Source: Acidobacteriota bacterium (GTDB lineage Bacteria; Acidobacteriota; UBA6911). From it: a stretch of DNA of 64,000 nt. Each line of letters opens with the position of its first letter. The first letter of the stretch is position 1. The notes beneath the pieces are model-generated. The model had not been told where the DNA came from, ran no database searches, and worked only from the letters and a program-made list of their open reading frames with translations. This document shows positions 1 through 10,180 of the stretch, one piece after another. The position numbers were made by a program, and so were the translations under genes. The stretch lies in assembly GCA_963664705.1 (NCBI GenBank), contig OY761556.1, positions 2,560,001 through 2,624,000 of the forward strand, written 5' to 3'.

Positions 1-881
1 GCAAGCGTTCTCGTCAACGACATCAGTCGGGACAATGTCGCGGCCGAGCCCGCCGGCACCGGCATAAATCTCATCCATGTGAATGATCGGCTCAACACAG
101 CAACGGTACCCGCGGTTGCAAGGAGGTTCCTTGCGATCACCCGCCCCCAGTTCAGCAATAATGAACTGCCCTCCGTGATCCGTTGAATGAGGCTAATCTT
201 CCTGGCAAGAGAGCTGTCTGAGCCCTGCGGAATGGAAAGGCTTCGCCGGTAGGAGCTCAGCCTGCCCAGCAGCGCGGTTCCGAAAGTTGACACCGGCAGC
301 GACTTCAGAAACTTCCGCAGCAATCCGAGCGATATGCCGGGCGAGTGCGCGATTGTGAGCGATCTCGTGTACTGGGTGGCGATTGCCTCAACGCCGACGC
401 GGAGGAGTTGCTCGTAGGCGTTTGTCGTCCATCCGGCCGTGTCGATGGTAGCTGGGAGACCATTACTGAAATACGTGTTGTTGGCAAGCGACTGCTGCCA
501 TATCTGGTTTGGCGTGCGGTGACGAACGAAGTTGGAGAATGCTCCGTGCCCGGCGTAGGCCAGCTGATAGCTGACGCCTCCGACCAGGTTTACCGGATTG
601 GGTGTAATGGCCTCTTCGCCGAAATGCCCGATCCAGTCGGCGGCGATGTTGGTAACAGGCACGGCGGCAGTGCCCTGACAGACCAGGGTGGTCCCGCTGT
701 AAACGGCGACGCGGATCGACGGCACCTGGTAAATGCTTTTGCATGTGTAGTAGCTGAGTTCCCGGACCCGCATGTTCCCACTGCCGGGGCAGACGTAGGC
801 GGTCGAACCGCTGTGCCACGCCTGGTCATTTCCGCATTCGGCGGTAGTGGTGTAGCTGCCGGTCACGCCAAAGTACTGCAC
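1..881 (-). CDS. Putative virion structural protein, 3'-truncated by window edge
   Basis: Manually translated open frame from GTG at 881 (MQYFGVTGSYTTTAECGNDQAW...) to the edge without a stop; follows tail genes; absent from the ORF track because it has no stop. Confidence 0.6.
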   Translation of the reverse strand, partial: MQYFGVTGSYTTTAECGNDQAWHSGSTAYVCPGSGNMRVRELSYYTCKSIYQVPSIRVAVYSGTTLVCQGTAAVPVTNIAADWIGHFGEEAITPNPVNLVGGVSYQLAYAGHGAFSNFVRHRTPNQIWQQSLANNTYFSNGLPATIDTAGWTTNAYEQLLRVGVEAIATQYTRSLTIAHSPGISLGLLRKFLKSLPVSTFGTALLGRLSSYRRSLSIPQGSDSSLARKISLIQRITEGSSLLLNWGRVIARNLLATAGTVAVLSRSFTWMRFMPVPAGSAATLSRLMSLTRTL

Positions 882-882
882 G

Positions 883-1074
883 TTAGATCACCTTTTCCGA
901 CGACTGCAAATCGGGAATCAGATAATCGTCCTTTGTCATGTCGGCCCGCTTCATGGTGTTCTTCTGAGTGGTGGTCAGGCCATTGAAGAAAGCCTTGAGA
1001 AGATCGTATGCCGCATCCCTCTTGGCGGCCGTGTCGAATGTTGCTGTCGCGATAACTCTGTACTCTGCCTGCAT
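883..1074 (-). CDS. Small hypothetical phage protein
   Basis: 63-aa ORF with AAGGAG SD, packed tightly between neighbours. Confidence 0.7.
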   Translation of the reverse strand: MQAEYRVIATATFDTAAKRDAAYDLLKAFFNGLTTTQKNTMKRADMTKDDYLIPDLQSSEKVI

Positions 1075-1083
1075 CGCTTCTCC

Positions 1084-1479
1084 TTAGGTGAACTGAATCT
1101 GGAATGTGAACTGGATGGAGTCGCCGACATTCAGCGCCACCCCGGCGAAGTCGCCCTTGATGAATCCGTTGCCCGCGCTCGAGGCATCGAAACAGCCGGC
1201 ATTGGTGATGGTCTTGCCGGCACCGGCGCAGGTGAGGGTCCCGACGACGCGGTATGCGTCGTTCGTTGCGCTGACGGTCTGCTGCGAGGTCGTGCCGGCA
1301 ACCCGGGCCTCGGAGGCCTCGGTGAACAGCGTCGTGTCGCCGGCCGCCGCCGTCCCGGCGCCCGTGCCCCACGCGACATAGGCGGGCTCCGTTCCTCCCC
1401 CTTTCAGCCGGCTGGTGATGATCGCGCGGCCGGTGTTGAGCAGCACGGTCGCGCCGAAAACAAAAGCGCAAAGAATCAT
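1084..1479 (-). CDS. Phage minor tail/virion structural protein (Gly/Thr-rich beta protein)
   Basis: YVAWGTGAG..DTTLFTE..ITNAGCFDASSAGN..GDSIQFTFQIQFT pattern typical of small tail-associated proteins; ATG overlaps upstream stop (ATGA). Confidence 0.7.
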   Translation of the reverse strand: MILCAFVFGATVLLNTGRAIITSRLKGGGTEPAYVAWGTGAGTAAAGDTTLFTEASEARVAGTTSQQTVSATNDAYRVVGTLTCAGAGKTITNAGCFDASSAGNGFIKGDFAGVALNVGDSIQFTFQIQFT

Positions 1480-1655
1480 TGAAAGCATTTCCGCTCCTTT
1501 ATCCATCTGTGGATGTTCCAGGCAATCCGCCTGAACGGGTTATTGTGGTAGTAGGAAACAACGCCCCGGTTCTCTTTCCGGCCGTCCTTGCGGATGACGA
1601 CCATCGAGATCGAGGCCTCTTTAACGGGCAATGTTCTGTTGAACTGCATTCCCAT
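1476..1655 (-). CDS. Small phage protein (59 aa, below ORF track cut-off)
   Basis: MGMQFNRTLPVKEASISMVVIRKDGRKENRGVVSYYHNNPFRRIAW...; AAGGAG SD upstream, ATGA coupling to the next gene. Confidence 0.65.
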   Translation of the reverse strand: MGMQFNRTLPVKEASISMVVIRKDGRKENRGVVSYYHNNPFRRIAWNIHRWIKERKCFQ

Positions 1656-1670
1656 GTATGGGCTCTCTCC

Positions 1671-4600
1671 TTAAGTCCAGTATCCGGCCACCACGAGCTG
1701 AAACGTGCTCCAGGCTCCGGCCTTGTATTGAATCCGCCTGTTTTCGTCGCAGGCGACCATGAGTTTTCCCCAGTTGTTGTCATAGTTGCGCGCGGCAAAG
1801 GTTACGCGGTCGCTGATTACCTCGTTGGTTCGGCCGTATTTTCGGACAATGAAGTAGGCGCCGGCATAGGGCGTGCAGACGTAATTCAGCAGGATCATCC
1901 GGTACCCCGCGGGCACGATGCCCGACAGATCCAGGGTCTGATAGTTTCCGTTGACGACAAGGTCTCCGCCGATGCCGTCGACGTAGGTCCAGTCCCATGC
2001 CGTGACGTCGCCCCTTACGGAGCTGACGGTGCCTTCGGAGATGTGCCCGATCTGAATCGACCCGGTGCGGATCTTGTCGGCCACGATTTCACCAGCCTGA
2101 ATTTTGTCGGCAGTGATGGCGCCCGCCGATATCTTCTCGGCGGTAATCGCACCCGCCGCGATGTTGTTTGCCTGTATGCATCCTGCCGCAAGTTGGGCCG
2201 TGTCGACGGCTCCCGCCGCGATCTTCCCGGCAATAACGGCGTTGGCCTTGATCTGGTTTGCATCCACGGCATCGGCCGCGATCTTGCCCGCGATCACGGA
2301 GTTTGCCGCAAGTTGGATCGATGAGATCTGACCGGCGGCGATGTTTCCGGCCTGGATTGTGCCGGCGGCTATCTGGGTGCCGGTGATCGAACCTGATGCA
2401 ATCTGGGCGGCCGTGATCGTATTGGCCGCGATCTCGTTGGCAGTCACGGCGCCCGCTGCCAGCTTGGGAGTCGATACGGCGCCGTCGGCTATGTTGGTCT
2501 GGGTGATTTGCGTGGTGAGCTTGGCCGCCGAGATGCCTGCGAGCTGGTAGTCCTGCAGCTGGCCGGTGACTTTCGATGCCGCGATGGCCGCGATCTGGGA
2601 ATCGGAGAGCGATCCATAGATGACACTGGCGTCCACGACCGACCCGGTGCTCCATTGCTGCAGGCAGTAGCCGGTGTTATTGATGGCCACGATGAGCTTG
2701 TTCGAACTGAGATCGAGCAGGTTCGACGAAGTGAAGGCGGCCGGCGTGTTCGGGCTCCAATAGATATATTTGAGGTTCGTGTTGCCGTTGGCGATCGAAT
2801 ACTCTTCGTTCTGATACTGCACTTTGATATTCGTCCATGAAACATATCCAAAGGAGGGCGAGTTATTGGAGAAGGCGCCCGCAGTTACCGCAAAGAGAGT
2901 GCTGTTCAGCACTTTCTTTCTGAAATCCGTATTGAGGTCCGCATCATTGATCCCGTTCAGGCTGACCGGGCCGGCTGCGTCGGACCAGTATCCCAGGCCG
3001 AAAGCGTTCGAACCTCTCACCCGCACGTAATACTGTTCGCATTCGAGCCCGGTGATGACTTTCCGGAAGTGAGACGAAGCGGGCAGCGCCGCCGGGTCGA
3101 GCAGTTTCGTCGGGACGCTGACGGCAAGTCGAACCTGTTCCCAGGAAGGCACGACGATCTCGTAATTGAGACCGGAGCCTCCGAGTTTCAGCTGGCTGTC
3201 GATTGTTATCTGCGAATGAGAATCGACGCTTACGATCACTCCGGTCGATCTCATGTGGTGCTGGTCGGCGGGCCCGTCGTACACCCAGAGCGTGCGCCCG
3301 GCCCAGGCGGGGATGAAGGGCCCGGACGGGTCGGTGAAGACATAAGATCCCTTTTCGCACTGTCCGGATGTCCCCAGGTGCAGTTGACTGTCCGAGGGCA
3401 TGGGAAGGACACCGTCGATCTGGTAGTCATATCCGAAGAGCGTTGCTTTATTAGCGGCGGGAGCGTCCCACTGGAGGACAAGCTGGTTGCCGGGTACGGA
3501 TGGATCTGACGCCTGGGCCACGAGCGAGACATTGAGAGGTGCGCTTGGTACGTCCGTGTCCGATGTCTCGACATCCCCTTCATCCTTGACCGTCACGGTG
3601 TCACTCCACGGACCCCAGCCCACGCAATTCTGGGTTCGCGCGCGTCCGTAAAAGGTCACGATTTCAGTCGTCATGTAGGTATCATTGAAGGGAGACGGTC
3701 CGGTCTGGCGATAAGCCAAGGAAGCAAACTCGGGATCCCGCGCGATTTCGATCTCGGTGGCTTTTGCGGTCACGGCATTCAATTGCGGTCTGCTGGCCCC
3801 GATGGTCAGTCGGCTCATTCCGTTGGCGTCGCGGGTGATGACGATGCCAAGGGAAGGAGCGCCGGGCACATTGGAATCGGACTGGCCCGTCGGTTCCGGA
3901 ATGGTTTTCGGCGCATAGGGAGTGGCGAGCGGTCCCAATTCGGCAACAGGCGCCTGCGTGCACGAGATCAACATGGTGATCAACCCCGATGCGTCTACTG
4001 AATACGAAAGACTGTCGATGATGAACTCGGCATCGATCGCAAGGCCGTAATCGGCAAGGGATGCAACGACTCTTATCCGATCGCCGATGTCCCGCTGCCT
4101 TACTTCGTCGAGATGGTTGTCGTTATAATCGCCTTTGACGTCGAAGGTCAGCCGCGGACGAAGATCCTTGAATACCGAGATGATGTAATCGCAATAGGTT
4201 TTCCCGTCGGGGAGATACGTCAGCCATGGACTGGGATACGGATACTCGCGTTTTCTGTATTTGGCCTGGCTTGCCGCGTCCTCGGAACTGACCGGAATCG
4301 GATCCCCTTCGACGATTGCCACGCCTCGTGCGCGCAGAACAACCAGGTGTGCCGGCTGGGGATTGGAGTTGGTGAAGGCGACTGTCAATCGTGAGCCTTT
4401 AGACGTCTTCGTCGCGGAAACATCATGGGTGATATCCAGACCGGTTCTGTCGGCTTTTGTATTGGCTTCGTAGTCAACCATTCCCCAGGAATCGACGGCG
4501 ATGTAATTGCCGGGACTGGAGGCGGTAGGGTAGCCGATATCGATGGTGAGCGATCCATTGCCAGGAACAATCGGCGGTACGCCTCCCTGATTTCCCGGGA

Positions 4601-5393
4601 CATCCGCGATGGTGACGAGAACGATTTCTTCTGAAACGTTGAAGGTGTGGATCTCGCTCGAAATGGTATTGAAGACGCCGAGGAGCGGGTTCTCCTGGCG
4701 CAGGTTCCACATCCGCAAGTCACCGCTGCCGTAGACAGCCTGGGGAATATTGCGCGGAGCCATGAACGGATTCGCTCTGTTCTCATAGCACAGGAATCCG
4801 TTTTTTGCCTCGCGCAGCCTTCCGAACTCAGCCGACTGCAGCTCGCGCATTACCTGGATCCGCGACGATCCGGGGCGAGCCCACCACTTGGATATTGTCG
4901 TCAGCCCGGCCTGGATGGATCTTTCCGTCTCTGAATACCCGTCCGCATCAAGCGAAGCGGAAATTGCCGCGCCTGTGTCTATGTTTTCCTGCAGGGGAAC
5001 GGAAACAGTCCCTTCGTTGAATTGGGCCAGCGCTCCATAGGCGACAAGCTCCGCCGTGTTGAGTCTGGCTCCCGGCGCAAACCCGACTGTCGGGACGATT
5101 GATTCCAGGAATCCCTGGAACATCGTGGTCGTGATTCCGCCCGAGGTCATCGTGATCCGCACCCGGATATTGGGAAGGATCCTGCCGTAGAGAGGTCCGG
5201 CTGCATTGAAACTGGAAAAAATGGAAGACGAGTTGTCGAGCGTGAGGGAAGCCGTGCCGGCGCTGTCGTATTCGTGCGAGGCGTTTCTGCCGAGTCGCCA
5301 CGAGGCCGACATCACGTACGCCGTGACGTCGGACCTCGCGTGATCAAACAGCCTGTTGTTGTTCCAGTCGAGATAGTAGTGAAGTTTCGCCAT
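1671..5393 (-). CDS. Tail tip/central fibre protein with FN3-like domains and 10-aa repeat shaft
   Basis: 1240 aa directly after TMP; FN3-like motifs (PSAPLNVSL..LQWDAP..YYVRVRGSNAFGLGYWS); IAAGAITAEK-type repeats. Confidence 0.8.
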   Translation of the reverse strand: MAKLHYYLDWNNNRLFDHARSDVTAYVMSASWRLGRNASHEYDSAGTASLTLDNSSSIFSSFNAAGPLYGRILPNIRVRITMTSGGITTTMFQGFLESIVPTVGFAPGARLNTAELVAYGALAQFNEGTVSVPLQENIDTGAAISASLDADGYSETERSIQAGLTTISKWWARPGSSRIQVMRELQSAEFGRLREAKNGFLCYENRANPFMAPRNIPQAVYGSGDLRMWNLRQENPLLGVFNTISSEIHTFNVSEEIVLVTIADVPGNQGGVPPIVPGNGSLTIDIGYPTASSPGNYIAVDSWGMVDYEANTKADRTGLDITHDVSATKTSKGSRLTVAFTNSNPQPAHLVVLRARGVAIVEGDPIPVSSEDAASQAKYRKREYPYPSPWLTYLPDGKTYCDYIISVFKDLRPRLTFDVKGDYNDNHLDEVRQRDIGDRIRVVASLADYGLAIDAEFIIDSLSYSVDASGLITMLISCTQAPVAELGPLATPYAPKTIPEPTGQSDSNVPGAPSLGIVITRDANGMSRLTIGASRPQLNAVTAKATEIEIARDPEFASLAYRQTGPSPFNDTYMTTEIVTFYGRARTQNCVGWGPWSDTVTVKDEGDVETSDTDVPSAPLNVSLVAQASDPSVPGNQLVLQWDAPAANKATLFGYDYQIDGVLPMPSDSQLHLGTSGQCEKGSYVFTDPSGPFIPAWAGRTLWVYDGPADQHHMRSTGVIVSVDSHSQITIDSQLKLGGSGLNYEIVVPSWEQVRLAVSVPTKLLDPAALPASSHFRKVITGLECEQYYVRVRGSNAFGLGYWSDAAGPVSLNGINDADLNTDFRKKVLNSTLFAVTAGAFSNNSPSFGYVSWTNIKVQYQNEEYSIANGNTNLKYIYWSPNTPAAFTSSNLLDLSSNKLIVAINNTGYCLQQWSTGSVVDASVIYGSLSDSQIAAIAASKVTGQLQDYQLAGISAAKLTTQITQTNIADGAVSTPKLAAGAVTANEIAANTITAAQIASGSITGTQIAAGTIQAGNIAAGQISSIQLAANSVIAGKIAADAVDANQIKANAVIAGKIAAGAVDTAQLAAGCIQANNIAAGAITAEKISAGAITADKIQAGEIVADKIRTGSIQIGHISEGTVSSVRGDVTAWDWTYVDGIGGDLVVNGNYQTLDLSGIVPAGYRMILLNYVCTPYAGAYFIVRKYGRTNEVISDRVTFAARNYDNNWGKLMVACDENRRIQYKAGAWSTFQLVVAGYWT
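2043..2492 (-). repeat. 15 tandem degenerate 30-nt (10-aa) coding repeats in tail fibre
   Basis: IADGAVSTPK/LAAGAVTANE/IAANTITAAQ/.../IRTGSIQIGH counted from the translation. Confidence 0.85.
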
Positions 5394-5398
5394 TCAGA

Positions 5399-8300
5399 TC
5401 AAGCCCATTGAGGATCGTTGCGTCTCTGCAGGTCGAGGCCTGCCAGCCTTACCTGTTCAACAAAGTTTTGGAAACCATAGATAGTGCAGTTCACCAGTTG
5501 CACGATAGGCCGGCTGCTCTGGCCGTTCCTCAGTAGATTTCGTGTCTGCTCGGGATCGAGCACGGCTTCCTGGTCGTGAACGGCGATCAGGCCGCCTGTC
5601 GACGCATGGGGAATGCTGTCGAGGTATGCCTGGTACATATTCCGCAGGTCCGCTTCAGAGAATCCGGTCGCCGCGAGGCTTGGGTTCTGCTGCATCATCC
5701 AGTTCTTCCACTCGGCGAAACTCATGGGACCGGTTTCCGCAGGCACGTTTGATGCGTCCGACGCTGGCTTCGTGGCCGCGTCGCCTTGTTCGGCTGTTGC
5801 CAGGATCAGTTTGTCCAGTTCTGCGATCAGTGAGGTCTTCGCATCTCCGATCGCGTCAGTGATGTTGTTGCTGACGATCGTGAACTGCGATTCGACGGCC
5901 TCCGTCAAAGTGGTGATCTTGTCAGAGGTTTCCTGCTGTACCGTTCCGATGTAATCCAGCGCATCCTTCACTGCCGCTTGATATGCCTCATCCATTGCCG
6001 CCTTTGTCGTATCGAGGAGGCCTTGGGTGATGGTATTGAATCCCTGGTCGTATCGTTCGACCGCGGTTTTCCCTTCGTCTCCTCCGTACGCCAGTAGGGC
6101 CTTCCGCAGCTCGGGCGTCAGTTTGGTGAATGGAGTCGCCATCTTGTCCCAGTTCTGCTCCATGTCGATCAGTGGGGACAAGCCTTCAAACTTCGATGGG
6201 TCGAGCCCTGCTGCGCTGAGCGCCGAGATGACGTTGGCATTCCACTGGCCCGACAGCAGCGCCTTGATCGGATCCAGTTCCGGCGCCAGGTTCTTCAGAC
6301 CGGATTGCAGATTGTTGATGAAATTCAGGGACTCGTGCAAGCCTGGCAGCCGCGCCGCGGCGTCGAGTGTCTGCAGGTCTCCGCCGAAATCCTGGAACAT
6401 TTGACGCAGTCCGGGAAGGACTTCGCCGGTCTCCCGGAAGTGTGTGACCATGTCATTAAAGTCATTGTTAACCTTGGTCAGTTCCGAGACCTTTTCGAAA
6501 TCGCTGATATCCCCGCCGAGTTTTGCTACCTGTTCCCGCAGTTCGTCTGTGATCTCCCCCGTCTCGAGGAATGTTTGGTACATCGTTTTAACGGGTGGAA
6601 TGCTTTCCATTACGGACTTTCTCAAGTCGTTCAGATCGACGATCAGCTGCTCATACGGCTTCAGCGTATTCGCTTCGATCTCCAGACTTTTCGAGATGTC
6701 CTCGCCGATGTTCTGCATGCCGGACATCTTGCTGTCTTCCCAAGCCTTGTTCAGCGCCGACCAATCGCCTGTCAGCCGGCCGATATCAAATGCTCCCCGG
6801 AAATTGAAATTCCCCCATGAGGTCCCTACTTTCTCCAGGGATTTCAGGAAGGCCTCGGTTTTCCCTTGTGCCTGTGCGGCCTCCCAGCCGACGTTCTTCA
6901 GAAAGTCCGGGCTCGACTCGATGTTCTTCCTGTTCGGATAGGCCATCGATTCTGAGATGCCCTTCGAATTCAGGTAGTTTTTCAGCTCGTCTTCGGAAAC
7001 ATTGATTCCGCCGAAGTCCCGCGCGGCCTCCATCGATCCGGCTTCATAGGAGTTCTTTCCCATAGCCAGCTTTGCGAGCCTGGTGCCGAGTCCCGCTATC
7101 GCGCCGATAGCCGCACCGATAGGTCCGCCGAGCGCGAAGCCGGTCAGGGCTCCTCCGCCGATTCCCTCTGCCCATCCGCCGATGCCTTTCCGGCTAAGGC
7201 TGTCCATGAACATAGACATGCCGCCGCCCATCATCAGGCCGCCCATTGCTCCGCCGACACCTTTGCCATTGATTCCACCGGTGCCGGATCCGAGGAAGCC
7301 GGGGTCTCCCTCGCTCCCGAAGAATCCGCCGCTCCCTCCGCCGAAGAAATTACCGAAATCCACTCCTTTCCCGCCGGCTCCGAAGAGGCTTGCGAAGCTC
7401 ATTTTCCCTGTGGGGACAGTCGTCTTGCCGCCTTGCAGGGAGGCCGTGTAATCCATCAGGAAGGACCCGCCGGTGCCCATAGCATACGTCGAGCCGGGCG
7501 CCCATGTTCCCGTGCCATTTCCCACCTGGGGCGTGGTCGTTGGGAAGATGGGAGGTGTTGTGAAGACTCCGCCGGCGCCGGCCGATCCGCCCATTCCGAG
7601 CAGCTGGCCGAATCCGCCTTTAAATCCGGTGATGATCGATTGGACGAGGTCCAGAAACATTTGCTTCAGACTATTCATGAAAACGCTCTTGAACCAGTTG
7701 AGCAGGCTCTGGAATTTGTCTTTGCCGTTCGAGGTCAGGATGTCGAAGATTTGGCCGGCGCCGTCCCGCACCTGGTCAATCATCTTCTGGTACGCTTCCT
7801 GATGTACTCGCAGTACATCAGTGGAGAACACCTGCCCGGCCCGTTCCAGTTCCGCGCGTTCCTTTTCGCCGAGTTTTTCCAGGTCGCCTTCAGCCGCTTG
7901 CCTGAGAGGATCGTCCTCGCCGAGTTTGTTCAGCTTCGTCTGCAGTTCAGTGCGGATCTGCTCGTATTTGACGCGGATTTCTTCCGCGTTGATCATGTAA
8001 TCGATGTGGGCCTTTTCGAGCGTCATCTGCTGGCGATCCGCCTCGTTCATCGGAATCGTGGCTTGCAGGATTTCGCGCTGCGATTTCAGTTCGTCCAGGC
8101 GATTCGTGGAAATCTCTTTCGTCAGCCTGGCTTCGACTTCGTTGTAGGTCTTGACCCGGTCGAGCATCTCCTTATCAAACTTCTTCACGTAAGCGTCTAT
8201 CTCGCTCTGGCTCGGAACAAGCGCTGCGTGGCCCTTTGTATCGATGCTTTCCTGGATCTTCGCAATATCGTGGTTCAGGTCCTTGAGTTTTTTCTGCGCC

Positions 8301-9730
8301 TCTTCGGCGTCTTTCCACTGTTTCTCGTGAAGTGCATTGAAATCATTTGTTTCTTTGATCAGCTCCTTCGTCGAGGCGATCTGTTGCGCAAGGGACAGGA
8401 CCTTTTTTGAATCGTATTCGTAGAGAGAGTTCTGCTTTTTCTTTTCCTCGGTGAACTGCTTCTCAAGATCATAGAGCTGCATCGTAAGTCCGAGCAGCTG
8501 CTGCGTTGTTCCCGTTGCTATGGCGTCAGCCTTTGCAATCTCTTTCGATCTTTCGCCGATAGTGTCTCTTGGTGTTTCTTTCCCGAATACGCCATACGAG
8601 AACGTCCATTCCTTGCCGTGGCCGACGGACCCAGTCCAGTCCTTTTGAGACGCTTCCATCTCATCATAGGACTCAGTGATTGCTTCGACCGCCTTCATGA
8701 AAGCCAGGGTCGCTTCGCCTGCGTATTCCTTTGCTTTCAACTTCACCGCTTCCCAGGCACGTCCGTGTTTATCGATCTGCTCGTCGAGGCCCATCAGGAC
8801 CAGCATCTGCGGTCCCTTCATGATGGCATTGCTTTTCTCGATCTCCGCGACCATGTCGGCGAATGACTCCTTGTCATTCAGGACAATAGGTAAGAGATCA
8901 AGCAGCCGCCGACCGAGTTCGCCTGTGGCCTTCTGCGCGCGTTCCGCCGGGTCAGAGATTGCAGCGTAATGCTTCCGGAGTTCCTCCAGATAATAAATGG
9001 CATCGGCGCCGGCTTTTGGCGTGACGCCTGCCCGCAGCAGCGCTTCGGAGAACGGACCGCCTTCGCTTCCGAGTTGCGCATTCAGTTTTTCAATCGTACC
9101 GGTGAGATCACCGAGGCCCTTTTCCTTCCCGGCTCGCTGCAAGGCCTGGACGCGCTCCACGGTCATGCCGGTTGCATAGGAAAGATTTATGATCTGCTCG
9201 GCGGCATCCGCTGCTTCAGCGGCAAAATCGTAGATCGCTGCGCCGGCGGCAATGACTCCAGTGGCAACGGCGCCGACACCGACAGCGGTAGGTCCAAGGA
9301 GGCCGAGGAAGGAAGTCACGCCAGCCTTTGCGGACTCCAGTGGATGCGCGGCAAAGTCACCGACAGCTTTGCCGATTTCCGCGAAACTGACTTTGCTCGC
9401 GAGGGAGGCCTTGTTCATCTCCTGGAGGGATCGCACCATTGGATCAATGGTCTGGCCATTCCGCTTTGCCGCATCCGCAGCACGGTTGATCTCATCGGAC
9501 ATTACTTTCCAGATGTCCGCATTCGATTTCCCGGCTGCGGTCAGGAGCTGGATCTGCTCAGAGAGCTTCTTTGTGGGGTTGAGCGTCTCGTCAAACTTCG
9601 CGATGATGCTCTGGCCTGCCCGCGTCATCTTCAGGCCGGCTTCCTCCGTGTTCTTGATCGCCTGCTGGAGGGCGAGGTTCAACCTAGAGGTGTCGCCATC
9701 AATCTCAAAAAATAAACGTCCGATTGGCAT
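5399..9730 (-). CDS. Tail tape measure protein
   Basis: 1443 aa, helical/coiled-coil, N-terminal IGRLFFEIDGDTS motif, Gly-rich hydrophobic segments, downstream of TAC. Confidence 0.92.
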   Translation of the reverse strand: MPIGRLFFEIDGDTSRLNLALQQAIKNTEEAGLKMTRAGQSIIAKFDETLNPTKKLSEQIQLLTAAGKSNADIWKVMSDEINRAADAAKRNGQTIDPMVRSLQEMNKASLASKVSFAEIGKAVGDFAAHPLESAKAGVTSFLGLLGPTAVGVGAVATGVIAAGAAIYDFAAEAADAAEQIINLSYATGMTVERVQALQRAGKEKGLGDLTGTIEKLNAQLGSEGGPFSEALLRAGVTPKAGADAIYYLEELRKHYAAISDPAERAQKATGELGRRLLDLLPIVLNDKESFADMVAEIEKSNAIMKGPQMLVLMGLDEQIDKHGRAWEAVKLKAKEYAGEATLAFMKAVEAITESYDEMEASQKDWTGSVGHGKEWTFSYGVFGKETPRDTIGERSKEIAKADAIATGTTQQLLGLTMQLYDLEKQFTEEKKKQNSLYEYDSKKVLSLAQQIASTKELIKETNDFNALHEKQWKDAEEAQKKLKDLNHDIAKIQESIDTKGHAALVPSQSEIDAYVKKFDKEMLDRVKTYNEVEARLTKEISTNRLDELKSQREILQATIPMNEADRQQMTLEKAHIDYMINAEEIRVKYEQIRTELQTKLNKLGEDDPLRQAAEGDLEKLGEKERAELERAGQVFSTDVLRVHQEAYQKMIDQVRDGAGQIFDILTSNGKDKFQSLLNWFKSVFMNSLKQMFLDLVQSIITGFKGGFGQLLGMGGSAGAGGVFTTPPIFPTTTPQVGNGTGTWAPGSTYAMGTGGSFLMDYTASLQGGKTTVPTGKMSFASLFGAGGKGVDFGNFFGGGSGGFFGSEGDPGFLGSGTGGINGKGVGGAMGGLMMGGGMSMFMDSLSRKGIGGWAEGIGGGALTGFALGGPIGAAIGAIAGLGTRLAKLAMGKNSYEAGSMEAARDFGGINVSEDELKNYLNSKGISESMAYPNRKNIESSPDFLKNVGWEAAQAQGKTEAFLKSLEKVGTSWGNFNFRGAFDIGRLTGDWSALNKAWEDSKMSGMQNIGEDISKSLEIEANTLKPYEQLIVDLNDLRKSVMESIPPVKTMYQTFLETGEITDELREQVAKLGGDISDFEKVSELTKVNNDFNDMVTHFRETGEVLPGLRQMFQDFGGDLQTLDAAARLPGLHESLNFINNLQSGLKNLAPELDPIKALLSGQWNANVISALSAAGLDPSKFEGLSPLIDMEQNWDKMATPFTKLTPELRKALLAYGGDEGKTAVERYDQGFNTITQGLLDTTKAAMDEAYQAAVKDALDYIGTVQQETSDKITTLTEAVESQFTIVSNNITDAIGDAKTSLIAELDKLILATAEQGDAATKPASDASNVPAETGPMSFAEWKNWMMQQNPSLAATGFSEADLRNMYQAYLDSIPHASTGGLIAVHDQEAVLDPEQTRNLLRNGQSSRPIVQLVNCTIYGFQNFVEQVRLAGLDLQRRNDPQWA

Positions 9731-9809
9731 CTAAACGGTACCGGTGATCGTATGGGATATATGAGAATTCATTTGGGATAATGCAAACAGACAAATGCGG
9801 AGAAGCCTT

Positions 9810-10088
9810 ATGAACAATCTATATATAAAGACATGTTTGACGGCAATCGTATTGCTTTTGGCGACTATCGTGCTGAAGCCCATATTGTCACCAACTGTCG
9901 CTGAAGCACAGTCACCCGCGAATGGGATACAGATCAGTGCGCAGGGGAATGGCGGATTTCTTCTCTATGACAACACTACCGGCCGTCTATGGTCTTATGA
10001 CTTATTCAGAGGAAACGTTGGCTATTGGGGTCGCATAGCATTGCCCGGCAAGCCCCTGGTGAAAAACCTCCCGGCGGAAAGACAATAA
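9810..10088 (+). CDS. Moron: small secreted/membrane-anchored hypothetical protein
   Basis: Opposite strand within tail operon; GGAG SD; signal-like N-terminus ending AEA-Q. Confidence 0.75.
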   Translation: MNNLYIKTCLTAIVLLLATIVLKPILSPTVAEAQSPANGIQISAQGNGGFLLYDNTTGRLWSYDLFRGNVGYWGRIALPGKPLVKNLPAERQ

Positions 10089-10180
10089 CCGTTCTCAGCA
10101 ATCCTGATCGTCTCCTGCAGGAATAATTGGCTGCGGCGCCGTCGTTTTTATAAAAAAGACGCATGATCGGCATCGCTATT

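Noticed and set aside
345-986. 213-aa plus-strand ORF and the many other long antisense ORFs across the prophage and host genes
   Set aside because: Shadow frames of GC-rich genes with clear motifs on the opposite strand
1671-2500. Diversity-generating retroelement target in the tail fibre
   Set aside because: No reverse transcriptase and no adenine-variant template/variable repeat pair seen in the window
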